From the NCBI GenBank assembly GCA_964396025.1, contig CAYNBT010000001.1, positions 3,129-66,169 of the forward strand: a stretch of DNA of 63,041 nucleotides. Reading direction: 5' to 3'. The notes beneath the pieces are model-generated. The model was not told the origin of the DNA, ran no database searches, and saw only the letters and a list, made by a program, of their open reading frames with translations. The translations under genes were made by a program, and so were the position numbers. Positions within the stretch are counted from its first letter, which is position 1. Every line of letters begins with the position of its first letter. Positions 43,202 through 53,750 of the stretch are shown here, one piece after another. This DNA is from an uncultured Candidatus Saccharibacteria bacterium. Lineage in GTDB: Bacteria; Patescibacteriota; WWE3; UBA101185; UBA10185.

Positions 43202-45472
43202 CTAAAGTTCACAAGCCCCAGCAACACACGCGTATGTCTTAGCTCCCTCTGTTCTATCATCCTTCTCATAGGTCACCAATTTAGAAAAATCTACATTAGA
43301 AACCCTTTTAACCAAATCCTCATAGGTTTTCTTATCAACTTCTTCGTATGGGGCTAGTTGATAAACGTGCTCGCTGCGTGGCAAAAATGATAATCCACCA
43401 ACATTATCCCAATTTGCGTAAACCCAATCTGCAACTTCCAACCATTCGGAATCGCTTACCGAGATGGTTGCAGAGGGATTGTGCTCAGTAAAGTTGCACT
43501 TAAGATTTTTCCAGTGTTCCAATAATTCTATTGCCGTAAGATCGTCCTTAAATACAGAGCCTTTAGGAGATTCAACAGGAAACTCCAATACATAAGTAGT
43601 GGCCGTATCCATTGATTGGCCAACCTCAGGATTGAAAGGTACACCCTGATCCTTTAACATTCTAAAGATCGGATCTGTACTTGAAACTCTAACTCGTCTT
43701 ATATAGTACTTAGAGTGCCTTGGATGCATTCCTGAAGAAGTGTCCAGCAACTGAGATGAGTTACCGGAAGGTTTGACACAAGTTACACATGTGGATGGAT
43801 TGATACCTAATTTCTTGGAATATTTTTTATTTGTGCGTATGGATTCATCGCGCATCTGTTGCAATACTTCCGGCTCCCTAGCCAACTTATTATCCCAATA
43901 CCCTGTTATTGAAACACCTAGGAGAGCTTCTTCTTCACAGTTCTTTTTCCATTCTGGTGATATATAAGGGAACTTAGTTAATGAAGCTTGATATGTTCCT
44001 AGCATAGAAGCTACTCTACTTTTCCTAAGTAAATCAGGCAAAGTATCTTCCATTCTTATCACGATACTTGTAAGGTTACAAAATTGCTTTGACCTAAGTA
44101 TGATTTCACCGCATGGATTGGTACCACTACCTTCCACGTGATCCTGAAATGTCTTCCAACGTCGTTCAGGGAGTTGCTTTTCAAGTCCTCCCCTATTAAA
44201 TATGCCACGTTCTCCTGAACCGCTTTTGGCTAAGGACAACCATTCCTCTATGAAATCTATGGCCGAAGGTTTACTATTGTAGATTGTGGAATTATTCGCC
44301 ATCATCCTCTGTGGATCGGTGTTCCAAAACTGACCCTTTTTAGCATCTCGCATATCTGCGTCATCAAGGTCCGATAAAGAGATGAGGGCACTGCGTCTTA
44401 CACCACCTGCGATCACAATTTCACCAATCTTGCATATTATGTCGTGTACGTCTAAAGGCGTTAGTTTGGAGCCCTGCTTTTTAAGTATCTTGTCTTTAGT
44501 AAATTCCATCAATTCCATCAAGGGTTGTGGACCAGAAGCTCTTCCTCCCATTGTTTTGAGACGAGCCCCTTTTGGTCTAACACGAGAGTAATCAAATTCA
44601 ATATCCTCTCCGTTGAACCAAGTCTTCATTCCAAGTACAAATGCATCTGCCCAACCCTCTTTGCTATCCTTTACAACATGTGTAATAGCTTTTTTTTCAA
44701 CCTGTGGCTTAACTGCAGGCAATTGCTCTACTGCAGTACGTTCAACAGAAAAACCCACACCAGTACCACACATGGAAATGTACATGATTTCTCCAAAATC
44801 TTGGAATGTAGTTGGCGCAATAAACGAACAGTTATATGCAGTGACATTGGTAGCACGCGCAGCAGGTCCCGATGACCAAAACAAACGCATAGATGGAACT
44901 ACTTCCTGTGTTAAGATGGCTTGCTGCATTTCAGCATACTCTTTATCAGAAAACTTATCCTTTGTGTTTTCTTTCATAAAATCCATAAATCTTTGTACTG
45001 TCTCTACCCAAGTCTCACGACGACCTTTCTCATCTAGCCATCTGGCGTAAGAAGTGTAATACACAAACTCACTCAATGGATTTCTGAAATACTGTCTACT
45101 AGTCTCGACTAGCTTTTTGTACTCAGTAGAAATTAAAGTACCACCCTCTCTGATTAACGCACGCTCATAGCGATACAGAATGTATTGCTTTGCTGCACGC
45201 ACCTTTGCACTTAGCATTAGATGCTGTTCAACCAAATCTTGTATATCTTCAACAGATGGGATGTTTGGAGTTTTTTCCGAAAAGATTCGCTCCAAATCTT
45301 TTAGTACAGCTTTAGCAATTTGCTGCGCTTCTTTTTCACCACCTTCTTTAGTTGTAGATAAGGCTTTATATACAGCGGTTGATATTTTGGAGATATCAAA
45401 AGGAACAACGGAACCGTCTCTTTTACGAACACTTCTTATAACATCAACAGATGTTGCAGTTGCACTCTTCAT
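43202..45472 (-). CDS. nrdJ: adenosylcobalamin-dependent ribonucleotide reductase (class II) with N-terminal ATP-cone
   Basis: ATP-cone 'VRKRDGSVVPFDISKISTAVYKAL'. Active-site 'GTNPCGEI'. Single 756-aa chain. Confidence 0.88.
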   Translation of the reverse strand: MKSATATSVDVIRSVRKRDGSVVPFDISKISTAVYKALSTTKEGGEKEAQQIAKAVLKDLERIFSEKTPNIPSVEDIQDLVEQHLMLSAKVRAAKQYILYRYERALIREGGTLISTEYKKLVETSRQYFRNPLSEFVYYTSYARWLDEKGRRETWVETVQRFMDFMKENTKDKFSDKEYAEMQQAILTQEVVPSMRLFWSSGPAARATNVTAYNCSFIAPTTFQDFGEIMYISMCGTGVGFSVERTAVEQLPAVKPQVEKKAITHVVKDSKEGWADAFVLGMKTWFNGEDIEFDYSRVRPKGARLKTMGGRASGPQPLMELMEFTKDKILKKQGSKLTPLDVHDIICKIGEIVIAGGVRRSALISLSDLDDADMRDAKKGQFWNTDPQRMMANNSTIYNSKPSAIDFIEEWLSLAKSGSGERGIFNRGGLEKQLPERRWKTFQDHVEGSGTNPCGEIILRSKQFCNLTSIVIRMEDTLPDLLRKSRVASMLGTYQASLTKFPYISPEWKKNCEEEALLGVSITGYWDNKLAREPEVLQQMRDESIRTNKKYSKKLGINPSTCVTCVKPSGNSSQLLDTSSGMHPRHSKYYIRRVRVSSTDPIFRMLKDQGVPFNPEVGQSMDTATTYVLEFPVESPKGSVFKDDLTAIELLEHWKNLKCNFTEHNPSATISVSDSEWLEVADWVYANWDNVGGLSFLPRSEHVYQLAPYEEVDKKTYEDLVKRVSNVDFSKLVTYEKDDRTEGAKTYACVAGACEL

Positions 45473-45652
45473 GAGCAGAAAGTCTCATAACACAACAACC
45501 TTACACTGCCGCTTAAGGATGTTGAATCACGAAAGCTTTTAAATTTTTTACTACGCGCATTTTTTAATTTAAAAATACGTGTAAAACTATCTAAACATAA
45601 TTGCATTTAGCATGCAATATGTGTAAGTGCAAAAATTTTGTTATGGGAATTT

Positions 45653-46786
45653 TTACTTGCCTCGCAAAAATGCAGGGATATCGTACTTGTCATCATCCCT
45701 AAACGATGTATCCTGTTCTGAATTTCTTTCAGGATGATTTTCTTCTTTGGGAGATTCTGCTTTAGGTACAATATTTTCAGGAAGAATTCTTTTCTTTTCT
45801 ACACGAGGCTGCATACCAAGTTGTGCACGGATATCGTTATCAAAACCTGTAGCAATAACTGTAATTTTAATTTGATCCGTAAGATTTTGATCAATTGTAG
45901 TACCAAAAATAATGTTTGCGTCCGTACCAGCAGCTTCACTGATGATTTTAGCTGCTTTGTTTACTTCTTTAAGTGTAAGATCCATACCACCCGTAACGTT
46001 AAACAATATTCCAGTTGCACCTTCAATAGATACTTCAAGTAATGGAGACGATATTGCGGCTTTTGCTGCGCTTTCTGCTCTATTTTCCCCTGCTCCTATA
46101 CCTATACCCATTAAGGCAGATCCAGCATTTTTCATGATGCTTCTTACATCGGCAAAATCCACATTGATAAGACCTGGAACAACTATAAGATCGGATATTC
46201 CTTGAACGCCTTGAGTCAATATGCTATCCGACAATCTAAATGCATCCAAAATAGACATGTGTTCGTCTGCTATCTCCAATAATTTTTCGTTTGGAATTGT
46301 AATTAGGGCGTCTACTTCGGCTTTTAAGAGCTCAATGCCTCGTTCTGCATTTTGCATTCTTTGGGCACCTTCAAAAGGAAATGGCTTTGTTACTGCACCA
46401 ATTGTTAAAGCTCCAAGTTCTCTTGCAACTGCGGCCACAATTGGCGAGGCACCAGTTCCTGTACCACCACCCATACCTGCGGCAATAAACACCATATCTG
46501 AATCCTGAAGATTTGCCTTTAGTTGTTCTATAGATTCTTCGGCTGCTTTTCTACCAATTTCTGGATCTGCACCCGCACCCAACCCTTTTGTAATATCTTG
46601 TCCGATGGGTATCTTTACTGTTGCTTTGTTGATAGATAAATCCTGTGCGTCGGTATTGATAGCAATAAACTCCACACCGGTTATTTGCTGTGATGCAATC
46701 ATAGTGTCGATCACGTTACAGCCTGCCCCACCAATGCCAACTACTCTAATTTTAGCGAATCTTTCAATTTCTGGTTTTACGAACAT
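45653..46786 (-). CDS. ftsZ: cell division protein FtsZ
   Basis: 'GMGGGTGTGASPIVA' tubulin signature and C-terminal 'DIPAFLR'. Confidence 0.95.
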   Translation of the reverse strand: MFVKPEIERFAKIRVVGIGGAGCNVIDTMIASQQITGVEFIAINTDAQDLSINKATVKIPIGQDITKGLGAGADPEIGRKAAEESIEQLKANLQDSDMVFIAAGMGGGTGTGASPIVAAVARELGALTIGAVTKPFPFEGAQRMQNAERGIELLKAEVDALITIPNEKLLEIADEHMSILDAFRLSDSILTQGVQGISDLIVVPGLINVDFADVRSIMKNAGSALMGIGIGAGENRAESAAKAAISSPLLEVSIEGATGILFNVTGGMDLTLKEVNKAAKIISEAAGTDANIIFGTTIDQNLTDQIKITVIATGFDNDIRAQLGMQPRVEKKRILPENIVPKAESPKEENHPERNSEQDTSFRDDDKYDIPAFLRGK

Positions 46787-46862
46787 ATAAAAAACTAAAA
46801 CTTATCACTCCATCCAAATACGGATAAAGCAAACAAGCAAGCTCTCCAAATTCTCTAATAAA

Positions 46863-48119
46863 TTAGGGCAGAAAAGACCGAACGCGGTCAAATAACTTTG
46901 TAAATATATCACCAATCTTACCTCTTGGGGTATCAAATGACAATAAGGAACCTGCACGAGCTAGGCTTGCTCCATACAATACAGCACCAACAGCAGCTGA
47001 AAAAGGAGGATTTTCTATCTCGTCTATAAGTCCTGTAACACCTCGGGGTTTTCCTATTCTAACAGGCATTTTAAGGTTAGCTTTTGCCACACGCTCAATA
47101 CCTGCAGTTAACGCGCCTCCTCCTGTGAGAACTATACCCGCAGGCAGCTTTCCAGAAAGATCTGCTTTGTTTATATCAAGCGCGATCAATCTAAAAATTT
47201 CATTTAAACGCGCATCTATAATTTCATACAACAGTTTTTTTGGTACGCTAGGAACGTCTAAACCAAATTCTGTAACATTTATCTCTTCGTTCTTGTTGTT
47301 TGAACCAGCAATTGAACCTTTGAACATGTCTTCTTCACTGAGTTTTATTTTGATTTTTTCGGCAGTTTCCAAACGTGCCCTCAAACCAATGGCTAAATCG
47401 TTGGTAACATGCTTACCTCCAATAGGCAAAACATTAGAATACGCAGGACTTCCCTCCACAAAGGCGATTATGGAAGTAGTGCCCCCACCTATATCTACCA
47501 GCATAGTTCCAAGCTCCTTCTCAGTGTCTGTCAAAACAGCTTCTGCAGAAGCCAAACCTGTATAAACTAGTTCTTCAACATTTACACTTACTTGGCTTAC
47601 ACATTTGACCAGGTTCTTTATGGCTGTTGAGGATCCATGAATTATATTCGTTTCAACTTCCAGACGAATACCGGACATTCCAACAGGGTCACGAACACCA
47701 TCTTGACCGTCTACAATAAAATCTCTGGGAATAACGTGAATAAGTTCTCGTGTAGAGGGAAGGGTTACAGCCTGTGCGGCTTCGGTCACGCGCACCACAT
47801 CCTCAGAGGTGATCTCGGCGCCTTGGTGCGACACAGCTACAACGCCGTGTGAATTGAGTGTTTCTATATGACTGCCGCTTATAGTAACAAATGCAGAAGA
47901 TACAGAAACACCTGCCATGCGTTCGGCGCGTTCTAAACTATTGGATATAGATTCAACAGCATCATCTATATCTACTACATTGCCTTTGTTAATGCCTTTG
48001 GAAGGCACATTGCCTGAAACGCCAATTACTGAAATCTTGTTTTCAGACATGGATGCTATAACTGTGCTGATTTTTGTAGAACCAATATCAATGCCTGTAA
48101 TTATTTTTTCTTTGGCCAT
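46863..48119 (-). CDS. ftsA: cell division protein FtsA
   Basis: 'GIDIGSTKIS' and 'VDIGGGTTSI' actin-fold motifs. Confidence 0.92.
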   Translation of the reverse strand: MAKEKIITGIDIGSTKISTVIASMSENKISVIGVSGNVPSKGINKGNVVDIDDAVESISNSLERAERMAGVSVSSAFVTISGSHIETLNSHGVVAVSHQGAEITSEDVVRVTEAAQAVTLPSTRELIHVIPRDFIVDGQDGVRDPVGMSGIRLEVETNIIHGSSTAIKNLVKCVSQVSVNVEELVYTGLASAEAVLTDTEKELGTMLVDIGGGTTSIIAFVEGSPAYSNVLPIGGKHVTNDLAIGLRARLETAEKIKIKLSEEDMFKGSIAGSNNKNEEINVTEFGLDVPSVPKKLLYEIIDARLNEIFRLIALDINKADLSGKLPAGIVLTGGGALTAGIERVAKANLKMPVRIGKPRGVTGLIDEIENPPFSAAVGAVLYGASLARAGSLLSFDTPRGKIGDIFTKLFDRVRSFLP

Positions 48120-48200
48120 ATGTTAGACGCTAAATTAAACTTTCAACTATAGAATTAAAGGCACCGGTAATCAAATATTTCTGAGATAAACTTGAACGCA

Positions 48201-48968
48201 TCATTCATATGATACTATCACTTTGTCGAAGCGTAAATCAATTTTTTTTGGTTTCTTTCCTTCCACAGCCAATTGTTGCAAAAGCTTAGAAAGCACTCGA
48301 ATGCTGTTTCCGCGATCTTTCTCAAACGAGAACAAAGCTAAAACATTGTTAGCATATACTGACACATAATTGCTGTTCGCGCTAATGCTACTTACTTTCA
48401 TTCCTTCCTCGTTTGAGACTGTAAGAATCTCCAAATAAAGTGGCACTAGATGACGAGGTATAAAACTACCTATTTTAATTTCTTCATTATATAGAATCTT
48501 GGGTAAATCTTTTGTACTGGGATCTGCAAATCCCAAAACATAACCATCTTCATCTACAAGATAATTTTCGTTCTTAGTGTTGTAAATTACGGCAAAGGGT
48601 TTTCTTTCTACAACAACAAGGTTAAGTGTGCTTGGAAATCTTTTTGAAACTTTTACTTGGCGTGCACCCTGAAATGAATTCAAGATATCATAGGTCAAGT
48701 TGGATTTATCTAAAAAAATGAGGTTTTTACCAAATGTATTCGAGCGCACTAAAGACTTTAAGTCTGTCTGATTTACAAATCTATGCGTACCACTCACAAC
48801 TATCGCTTTTACCGTAAAAAACTGACTCTTGAACACGATAAGATAAGTAAGTGTTGGAACTAAAATCACTAAACATAGCGTGACTGCAATATTCAATAAC
48901 ATATTGATACGCGCCATAACACCCGTACTTTTTGAACTAATTGTCTTTTTTGAAGCGTAATATCTCAT
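48201..48968 (-). CDS. ftsQ: FtsQ-like POTRA domain cell division protein
   Basis: TM 'IAVTLCLVILVPTLTYLIVF' followed by a POTRA-like 'FTVKAIVVSGTHRFVNQTDL'. An alternative ATG at 48917 is possible. Confidence 0.7.
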   Translation of the reverse strand: MRYYASKKTISSKSTGVMARINMLLNIAVTLCLVILVPTLTYLIVFKSQFFTVKAIVVSGTHRFVNQTDLKSLVRSNTFGKNLIFLDKSNLTYDILNSFQGARQVKVSKRFPSTLNLVVVERKPFAVIYNTKNENYLVDEDGYVLGFADPSTKDLPKILYNEEIKIGSFIPRHLVPLYLEILTVSNEEGMKVSSISANSNYVSVYANNVLALFSFEKDRGNSIRVLSKLLQQLAVEGKKPKKIDLRFDKVIVSYE

Positions 48969-50046
48969 TTATGATTAATTGGTCTGAATCTTTGCTGGTA
49001 TAGCTCAATCGCGAAGATGGATCTATTCTATATTGGGAAAGATTTTCAAGAATCTCTTGTGTTATCTTTAGCAGAGTTTCTTTGTTCAGCATTGGTTCTT
49101 CCAAGATTCTGGCTATACCTGCGTCTTGTAGCAATTTGGCGTTCATATACTGTTCGTTATGAGATACCCAAGGTATAGGTATTATCAAGGCGGGTTTGTT
49201 TAGAGCTATAATCTCCAAACAAGTATGCGCACCACCCCGGCTGATAAACATGTTAGATTTCTGCATAATCTCACCTATCTCATAAGATAAGACAAATTTT
49301 CGTAGTATATATTTACCTGAAACATTACTTTGAATTTTTTTGTAACTTTCCGAAAGACTATCAAAATCTGCAAAAACCGAGTTATCCCCACATTGATGAA
49401 TTACATTGCACATTGTCAATAATTCAGGCAGTGCCCCTTCTACGGCTTGGTTTATTTTATGGGAGCCTGTTTTACCTGCAGTAACATACACTGTTGGTAA
49501 GGAATTGTTCAAAATCAAATCAGTTGAAGTTGACTCAAATATCTCTTTTCTCAAAGGCAAGCCTGTCTTAACTATTTTGTTCTCTTGGAAATATTTTTGG
49601 GAACTTGGCCACGTGATCATAATCTTTTTGGCAAATCTTGCCACAACTAGATTTGCCCAGCCTGCTACTGAGGTCTGTTCGTGAGTGATAGAAGGAATTC
49701 CCATTAACCATGCAACAATTACAACTGGCACAGCTAAATATCCCCCAAATGAAAGTATAAGATCGGGTCTTATAGTAAGTAACAGATACAATGAATGCAC
49801 GAATCCTAATGGGATTCTTGCTAACCGAGTCGGGTTATAGGTTTTATAGAATTTACCCGCAATCAGGTTGTAAAAAGGTATTCCTAGACGGTTTATATCT
49901 ACATATTCAAGCGTAGGGTTTTTGTCCCCTTTACTTGTGTGTTTATGGCCAAACCAGTATAGCTTTATTTCCTTATGCTCATTTAACAATCGGGAAACTA
50001 TGGGCATTGCAGATGTGTGATGACCTCCTGTGATGACAATTTTCAT
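48937..50046 (-). CDS. murG: UDP-GlcNAc:lipid I N-acetylglucosaminyltransferase MurG
   Basis: GT28 fold pattern ('ITGGHHTSAMPIV', 'ISRGGAHTCLEI') and its position in the dcw cluster. Confidence 0.8.
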   Translation of the reverse strand: MKIVITGGHHTSAMPIVSRLLNEHKEIKLYWFGHKHTSKGDKNPTLEYVDINRLGIPFYNLIAGKFYKTYNPTRLARIPLGFVHSLYLLLTIRPDLILSFGGYLAVPVVIVAWLMGIPSITHEQTSVAGWANLVVARFAKKIMITWPSSQKYFQENKIVKTGLPLRKEIFESTSTDLILNNSLPTVYVTAGKTGSHKINQAVEGALPELLTMCNVIHQCGDNSVFADFDSLSESYKKIQSNVSGKYILRKFVLSYEIGEIMQKSNMFISRGGAHTCLEIIALNKPALIIPIPWVSHNEQYMNAKLLQDAGIARILEEPMLNKETLLKITQEILENLSQYRIDPSSRLSYTSKDSDQLIINEILRFKKDN

Positions 50047-50052
50047 ACTAGG

Positions 50053-50061
50053 ATTATTTCA
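50053..50061 (-). promoter_or_regulatory. extended -10-like (TGaAATAAT) 6 nt upstream of the murG ATG
   Basis: Minus strand reads TGAAATAAT-cctagt-ATG. Confidence 0.35.
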
Positions 50062-50082
50062 CACTACAGCTACAAACTAAAG

Positions 50083-51285
50083 TCAGGCAGAATTGCTGCG
50101 AGAAATACTGGCAACAATACCCAAACCCATAAGTCCAAAAAGCATAGAGGAACCTCCATAAGAAATGAGTGGAAGTGGAACACCCGTAAGTGGGATTATT
50201 CTTGTCATAGCTGCAATGTTTATAAAAAACTGCACACCAAACCACGTCATAACACCAACACATATCAATCTACCAAATAGATCTGAAGTATTTATGGCAA
50301 TACTGTAACCTTTGTAAAGAAACAACATAAATACAACCAACAAAGAAGTCGTACCCACAAAACCCAATTCTTCACCAATAATGGCAAAAATCGAATCGGC
50401 AGATACTTCTGGAAGATACTGGAATTTCTGCTTAGATTGTCCAAAGCCAACACCCATAAAGCCTCCAGATCCTAAAGCTATCTGAACTTGTTTTATGTGA
50501 TATCCCATGGAAAGCTCACTTACTTCGTTGGAATTTATAAAAGTCATAATACGAGCTCGGCGATAACTAGAAGAAAACATAAAAGCAATACCAAGCAATA
50601 ACAACAAGGGAAGTGCTATAAACAAGGGTTTCAAAGATGCACCTGAGACAAAATACATGCTAATACCAATTGCAAAAATCAGTATTGCGGTAGATAAATT
50701 TGGTTGAAGAAACACTAAAAAGGCAACAAGGCCCAATACAGAGAAAGTTGTGTAAAACGGTTTGAACTCGTCACCTAAACCACCACGTACATTTTTCATT
50801 AATCTACTAAGAAGCAATGCTAAATAAAGGATAAGGGCTAGTTTGGCAAACTCACTCGTCTGAAACCCGAAAACCCCCACAAACGGTATTCTTGGCAATG
50901 GCGCAGGATTGATATAGAACCACCTACTTGCACCATTAATGCAGGGGATAAACATTGCTTCAGCAGAACATGCTACTAGACCTAACTGTCTTACTAATCC
51001 AATAAGACCTGTAAAAGCTAACGGAACAAGTGATACAAAAAAAACACCATAAGCGTAATTCTCAATCCTCTTGTAGTTCGACCGGTAAAGGATTGCAAAC
51101 ACTGATGTTCCTAGCAAAACCCAGCCCAAATGTAACAAAACGAATCTATACGGTGTGTTGAAGTTATCCTTTGCATAAACAACCGTTGAACTGTATATCA
51201 CCAGTGTTCCAAAGATAAGAAGTAAAAGAATTAAATACAAAAAGGAGTAATCTCTATTTTTTTGTTTTTTGGATGGCAGCTGCAT
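50083..51285 (-). CDS. ftsW: SEDS-family lipid II polymerase FtsW
   Basis: 'GYHIKQVQIALGSGGFMGVGFGQSKQKFQYLPEVSADSIFA'. Confidence 0.85.
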   Translation of the reverse strand: MQLPSKKQKNRDYSFLYLILLLLIFGTLVIYSSTVVYAKDNFNTPYRFVLLHLGWVLLGTSVFAILYRSNYKRIENYAYGVFFVSLVPLAFTGLIGLVRQLGLVACSAEAMFIPCINGASRWFYINPAPLPRIPFVGVFGFQTSEFAKLALILYLALLLSRLMKNVRGGLGDEFKPFYTTFSVLGLVAFLVFLQPNLSTAILIFAIGISMYFVSGASLKPLFIALPLLLLLGIAFMFSSSYRRARIMTFINSNEVSELSMGYHIKQVQIALGSGGFMGVGFGQSKQKFQYLPEVSADSIFAIIGEELGFVGTTSLLVVFMLFLYKGYSIAINTSDLFGRLICVGVMTWFGVQFFINIAAMTRIIPLTGVPLPLISYGGSSMLFGLMGLGIVASISRSNSA

Positions 51286-51297
51286 AAAAACACATAG

Positions 51298-52383
51298 TTA
51301 CAGTAAACAAACAAAGATGCCTATTAAAGACCCAATAGCACCAAATAACCAAAACCTCATTGTCACTTTACTTTCAGGCCAACCTAAAAGCTCAAAGTGA
51401 TGGTGAATAGGCGCCATCCTAAAAAGACGTTTTTTTGTTAGTTTTACCGAAAACTGCTGTAATGGGCTGGAAATTCCATCAACCAAGAAGACAGCGCATA
51501 TAAACAATAACCCTATCTCCCTATGCATTACCACTGCCAAAATCGAAATTGCAGCACCAAGTACATGTGAGCCAACATCACCCATAAAAATTCTGGCTGG
51601 GTGGATATTGAAATAAAGAAAGGGTAAAAGTGCTCCAATGAAAACAGCACAGAGTGTACCTATTGAATTATATTCGAGTGCAGAAGCAACCACCCAAAGT
51701 GCTGTAAATGAGATTGCTGCTAACCCACCGGCTAAACCATCTATACCATCAGTAAAAGCTACAAAATTTAAGACTAGCAAAAAAAGAAAAAAGACGAAGA
51801 TAGGATAAAAAAACCCTATATGCACATCGCCTATAAGAGGCAACCATAAAAAATCCCAACCAAGTTTGAAATAAGTCCAGTATGACACGAATCCTGCTAT
51901 TACAGACTGTATTATGAGCTTCTGGTATGTGTGCAGGCCGCGTCCAGAGGCACTGCCAATAACTCTAGACAATTCCATAAAGTAATACCAAGGCTTAAGC
52001 AGTAACTTAACGAGCTTGGTATCAGAAAATCTTGGTTGCGGGTTTGTTGTTAACGTTAGTTTAAAAACTTCGTTAAGACTTGACCTGCGATATACTTTTG
52101 CAAAATCTTCCATTATGCCAAATAATCCAGCGGCACTTGCGATGAATATGGGAAACAAAGTTTGAGTTCGGGACTTATTAAACAACAACGTCATTACTGC
52201 CGCGGTAAAAATAAAAACCATTCCCCCCATAGTCGGAGTTCCTTTTTTTACCAAATGGCTTTGTGGGCCATCAGCTCGAATTTCCTCACCCATATGATAC
52301 TTATACACAAAGTTGATCCACAATGGATATAAAAGAAAGGTTACGACTAGAGTTATAAGTAGCTGTATCAGCTGATCTATCAT
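51298..52383 (-). CDS. mraY: phospho-N-acetylmuramoyl-pentapeptide transferase MraY
   Basis: 'KKGTPTMGG', 'TDGIDGLAGG', 'FMGDVGSHVLG', 'APIHHHFE'. Confidence 0.92.
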   Translation of the reverse strand: MIDQLIQLLITLVVTFLLYPLWINFVYKYHMGEEIRADGPQSHLVKKGTPTMGGMVFIFTAAVMTLLFNKSRTQTLFPIFIASAAGLFGIMEDFAKVYRRSSLNEVFKLTLTTNPQPRFSDTKLVKLLLKPWYYFMELSRVIGSASGRGLHTYQKLIIQSVIAGFVSYWTYFKLGWDFLWLPLIGDVHIGFFYPIFVFFLFLLVLNFVAFTDGIDGLAGGLAAISFTALWVVASALEYNSIGTLCAVFIGALLPFLYFNIHPARIFMGDVGSHVLGAAISILAVVMHREIGLLFICAVFLVDGISSPLQQFSVKLTKKRLFRMAPIHHHFELLGWPESKVTMRFWLFGAIGSLIGIFVCLL

Positions 52384-52389
52384 GAGTAG

Positions 52390-52398
52390 AGTATATCA
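52390..52398 (-). promoter_or_regulatory. extended -10 (TGaTATACT) 6 nt upstream of the mraY ATG
   Basis: Minus strand reads TGATATACT-ctactc-ATG with no SD. Confidence 0.5.
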
Positions 52399-52419
52399 CC
52401 CATCAGAAGGTATCAGAAC

Positions 52420-53748
52420 CTAAATTTCCTGAATATTAGCTCCTAAGCTAACTAATTTACCTAGTAGATTGTCGTAGCCGCGTTCAATGTGCTCAAGTCC
52501 AGATACCTCACTCTTACCTGAGGCTACAAGTGCAGCCAACACTAAAACAGGCCCGGCCTTCAAATCCTGTATTGCCAGCTTAGAACCTTTTAGAATTGAT
52601 GGGCCACTGACGCGCGCAACAGATTGCGGTTCTCCTTGTTCTGCCACATCATAAGAATCATCGTTTATAATCATGTCCATATTCAACTCGCTTGGTTTGA
52701 AAAGCTGAATTTTAGCACCCATTCTGTTTAGATCTTTTGTAAAATCCCAACGATCTGTGTATACAGTATCATGCACCAAACTCTCACCAGAAGCCTTAGT
52801 CAGTACTAGGGTTATCAAAGGTTGCCAAGCAGGCACAAATCCCGGAGCAAAGGTTGTTGTAACAGTCAAAGGCGTTGTTTCGCCACCAGATGCCCAAACT
52901 CTAAGTTCATCCTTATTGAATTCATACAAACAACCTGCCTTAGATAGTGTGTTTACAAACGAGATTATCGGAGCTCTGCTTATTGGGCGAATGCTAACGT
53001 TACCTCCCGTCGCAAATGCAGCAGCAGCGAAGATACAGGCTTCGTTTTTATCGGGCTGAACAGAAAAAGCTCCGCCTTTAAACACATTTGCGCCCATCAC
53101 TTTTACAGTTCTAGCATCAATTCTCTGAATATTTACACCCAATTGAACCAGAAACGAAATCAGATCGTCAGTCTCAGACTCTTCAACGGCATTGTTAATC
53201 ACTGATTCTCCGGGCATAAAGGAAGCAAACAAAATGGCATTGTCTGTTCCAGAGTGTGTGGGCTTTGGAAAGCTTATTGTTGCGGGTCTTAGTGAATCCG
53301 CACGTAAAACATAGTGTGAAGAATCTTCCAATACTTCAACACCAAATGCTTTCCATGTTTCGATAAGTCTATTTATAGGGCGAGGTCCTATTCTACAACC
53401 CTCAGGCTTTGGAATTATTGCTTTCCCAAATCTATAGATAAGAGCTGCGCTCAAAAAAACAGCAGTTCTATTTTTTGAACCTGCAGCATAAGGTATTTCA
53501 AAAGAATTTATGGAGGATCCATTTAGCAAAAGTTTATTACTTGAAAGCCATTTAAAATTACCCCCTAGTTTCTGAATAATTTCTAAATCCACTTCGAGAT
53601 CTGGAACTCTTGGTACGTTATCAAGCACAATATCTTCACTTGAAAGCATCGACGCAGCTATAAGCCTAAAGGAGGAATTTAAAGATCCTGATAGTCTGAC
53701 ATTTCCTTGTAAAGGTATACCACCTTCAATAGAAATTTTTTTTGACAT
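52420..53748 (-). CDS. murA: UDP-N-acetylglucosamine 1-carboxyvinyltransferase MurA
   Basis: Enolpyruvyl transferase fold with the active-site loop 'PEGCRIGPRPINRLI'. Confidence 0.8.
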   Translation of the reverse strand: MSKKISIEGGIPLQGNVRLSGSLNSSFRLIAASMLSSEDIVLDNVPRVPDLEVDLEIIQKLGGNFKWLSSNKLLLNGSSINSFEIPYAAGSKNRTAVFLSAALIYRFGKAIIPKPEGCRIGPRPINRLIETWKAFGVEVLEDSSHYVLRADSLRPATISFPKPTHSGTDNAILFASFMPGESVINNAVEESETDDLISFLVQLGVNIQRIDARTVKVMGANVFKGGAFSVQPDKNEACIFAAAAFATGGNVSIRPISRAPIISFVNTLSKAGCLYEFNKDELRVWASGGETTPLTVTTTFAPGFVPAWQPLITLVLTKASGESLVHDTVYTDRWDFTKDLNRMGAKIQLFKPSELNMDMIINDDSYDVAEQGEPQSVARVSGPSILKGSKLAIQDLKAGPVLVLAALVASGKSEVSGLEHIERGYDNLLGKLVSLGANIQEI

Positions 53749-53750
53749 AG

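Noticed and set aside
45560-45625. Two ACAC[A/G]TAT half-sites 42 nt apart upstream of nrdJ (possible NrdR boxes), and a 7-bp ATTGCAT/ATGCAAT hairpin
   Set aside because: Only the 5' halves resemble the 16-bp NrdR palindrome. The 3' halves do not match, and no nrdR gene is in the window. The first site coincides with a weak hairpin that could equally be the ftsZ 3' end. The evidence is not strong enough to call.
44382-47565. Long antisense ORFs inside nrdJ, ftsZ and ftsA (for example 44613..45050, 45734..46042, 47125..47565)
   Set aside because: They lie entirely within strongly supported conserved CDSs on the other strand. They lack start context, and their compositions are typical of antisense frames. 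The same applies to 24277..24798, 54027..54359 and 54503..54871.
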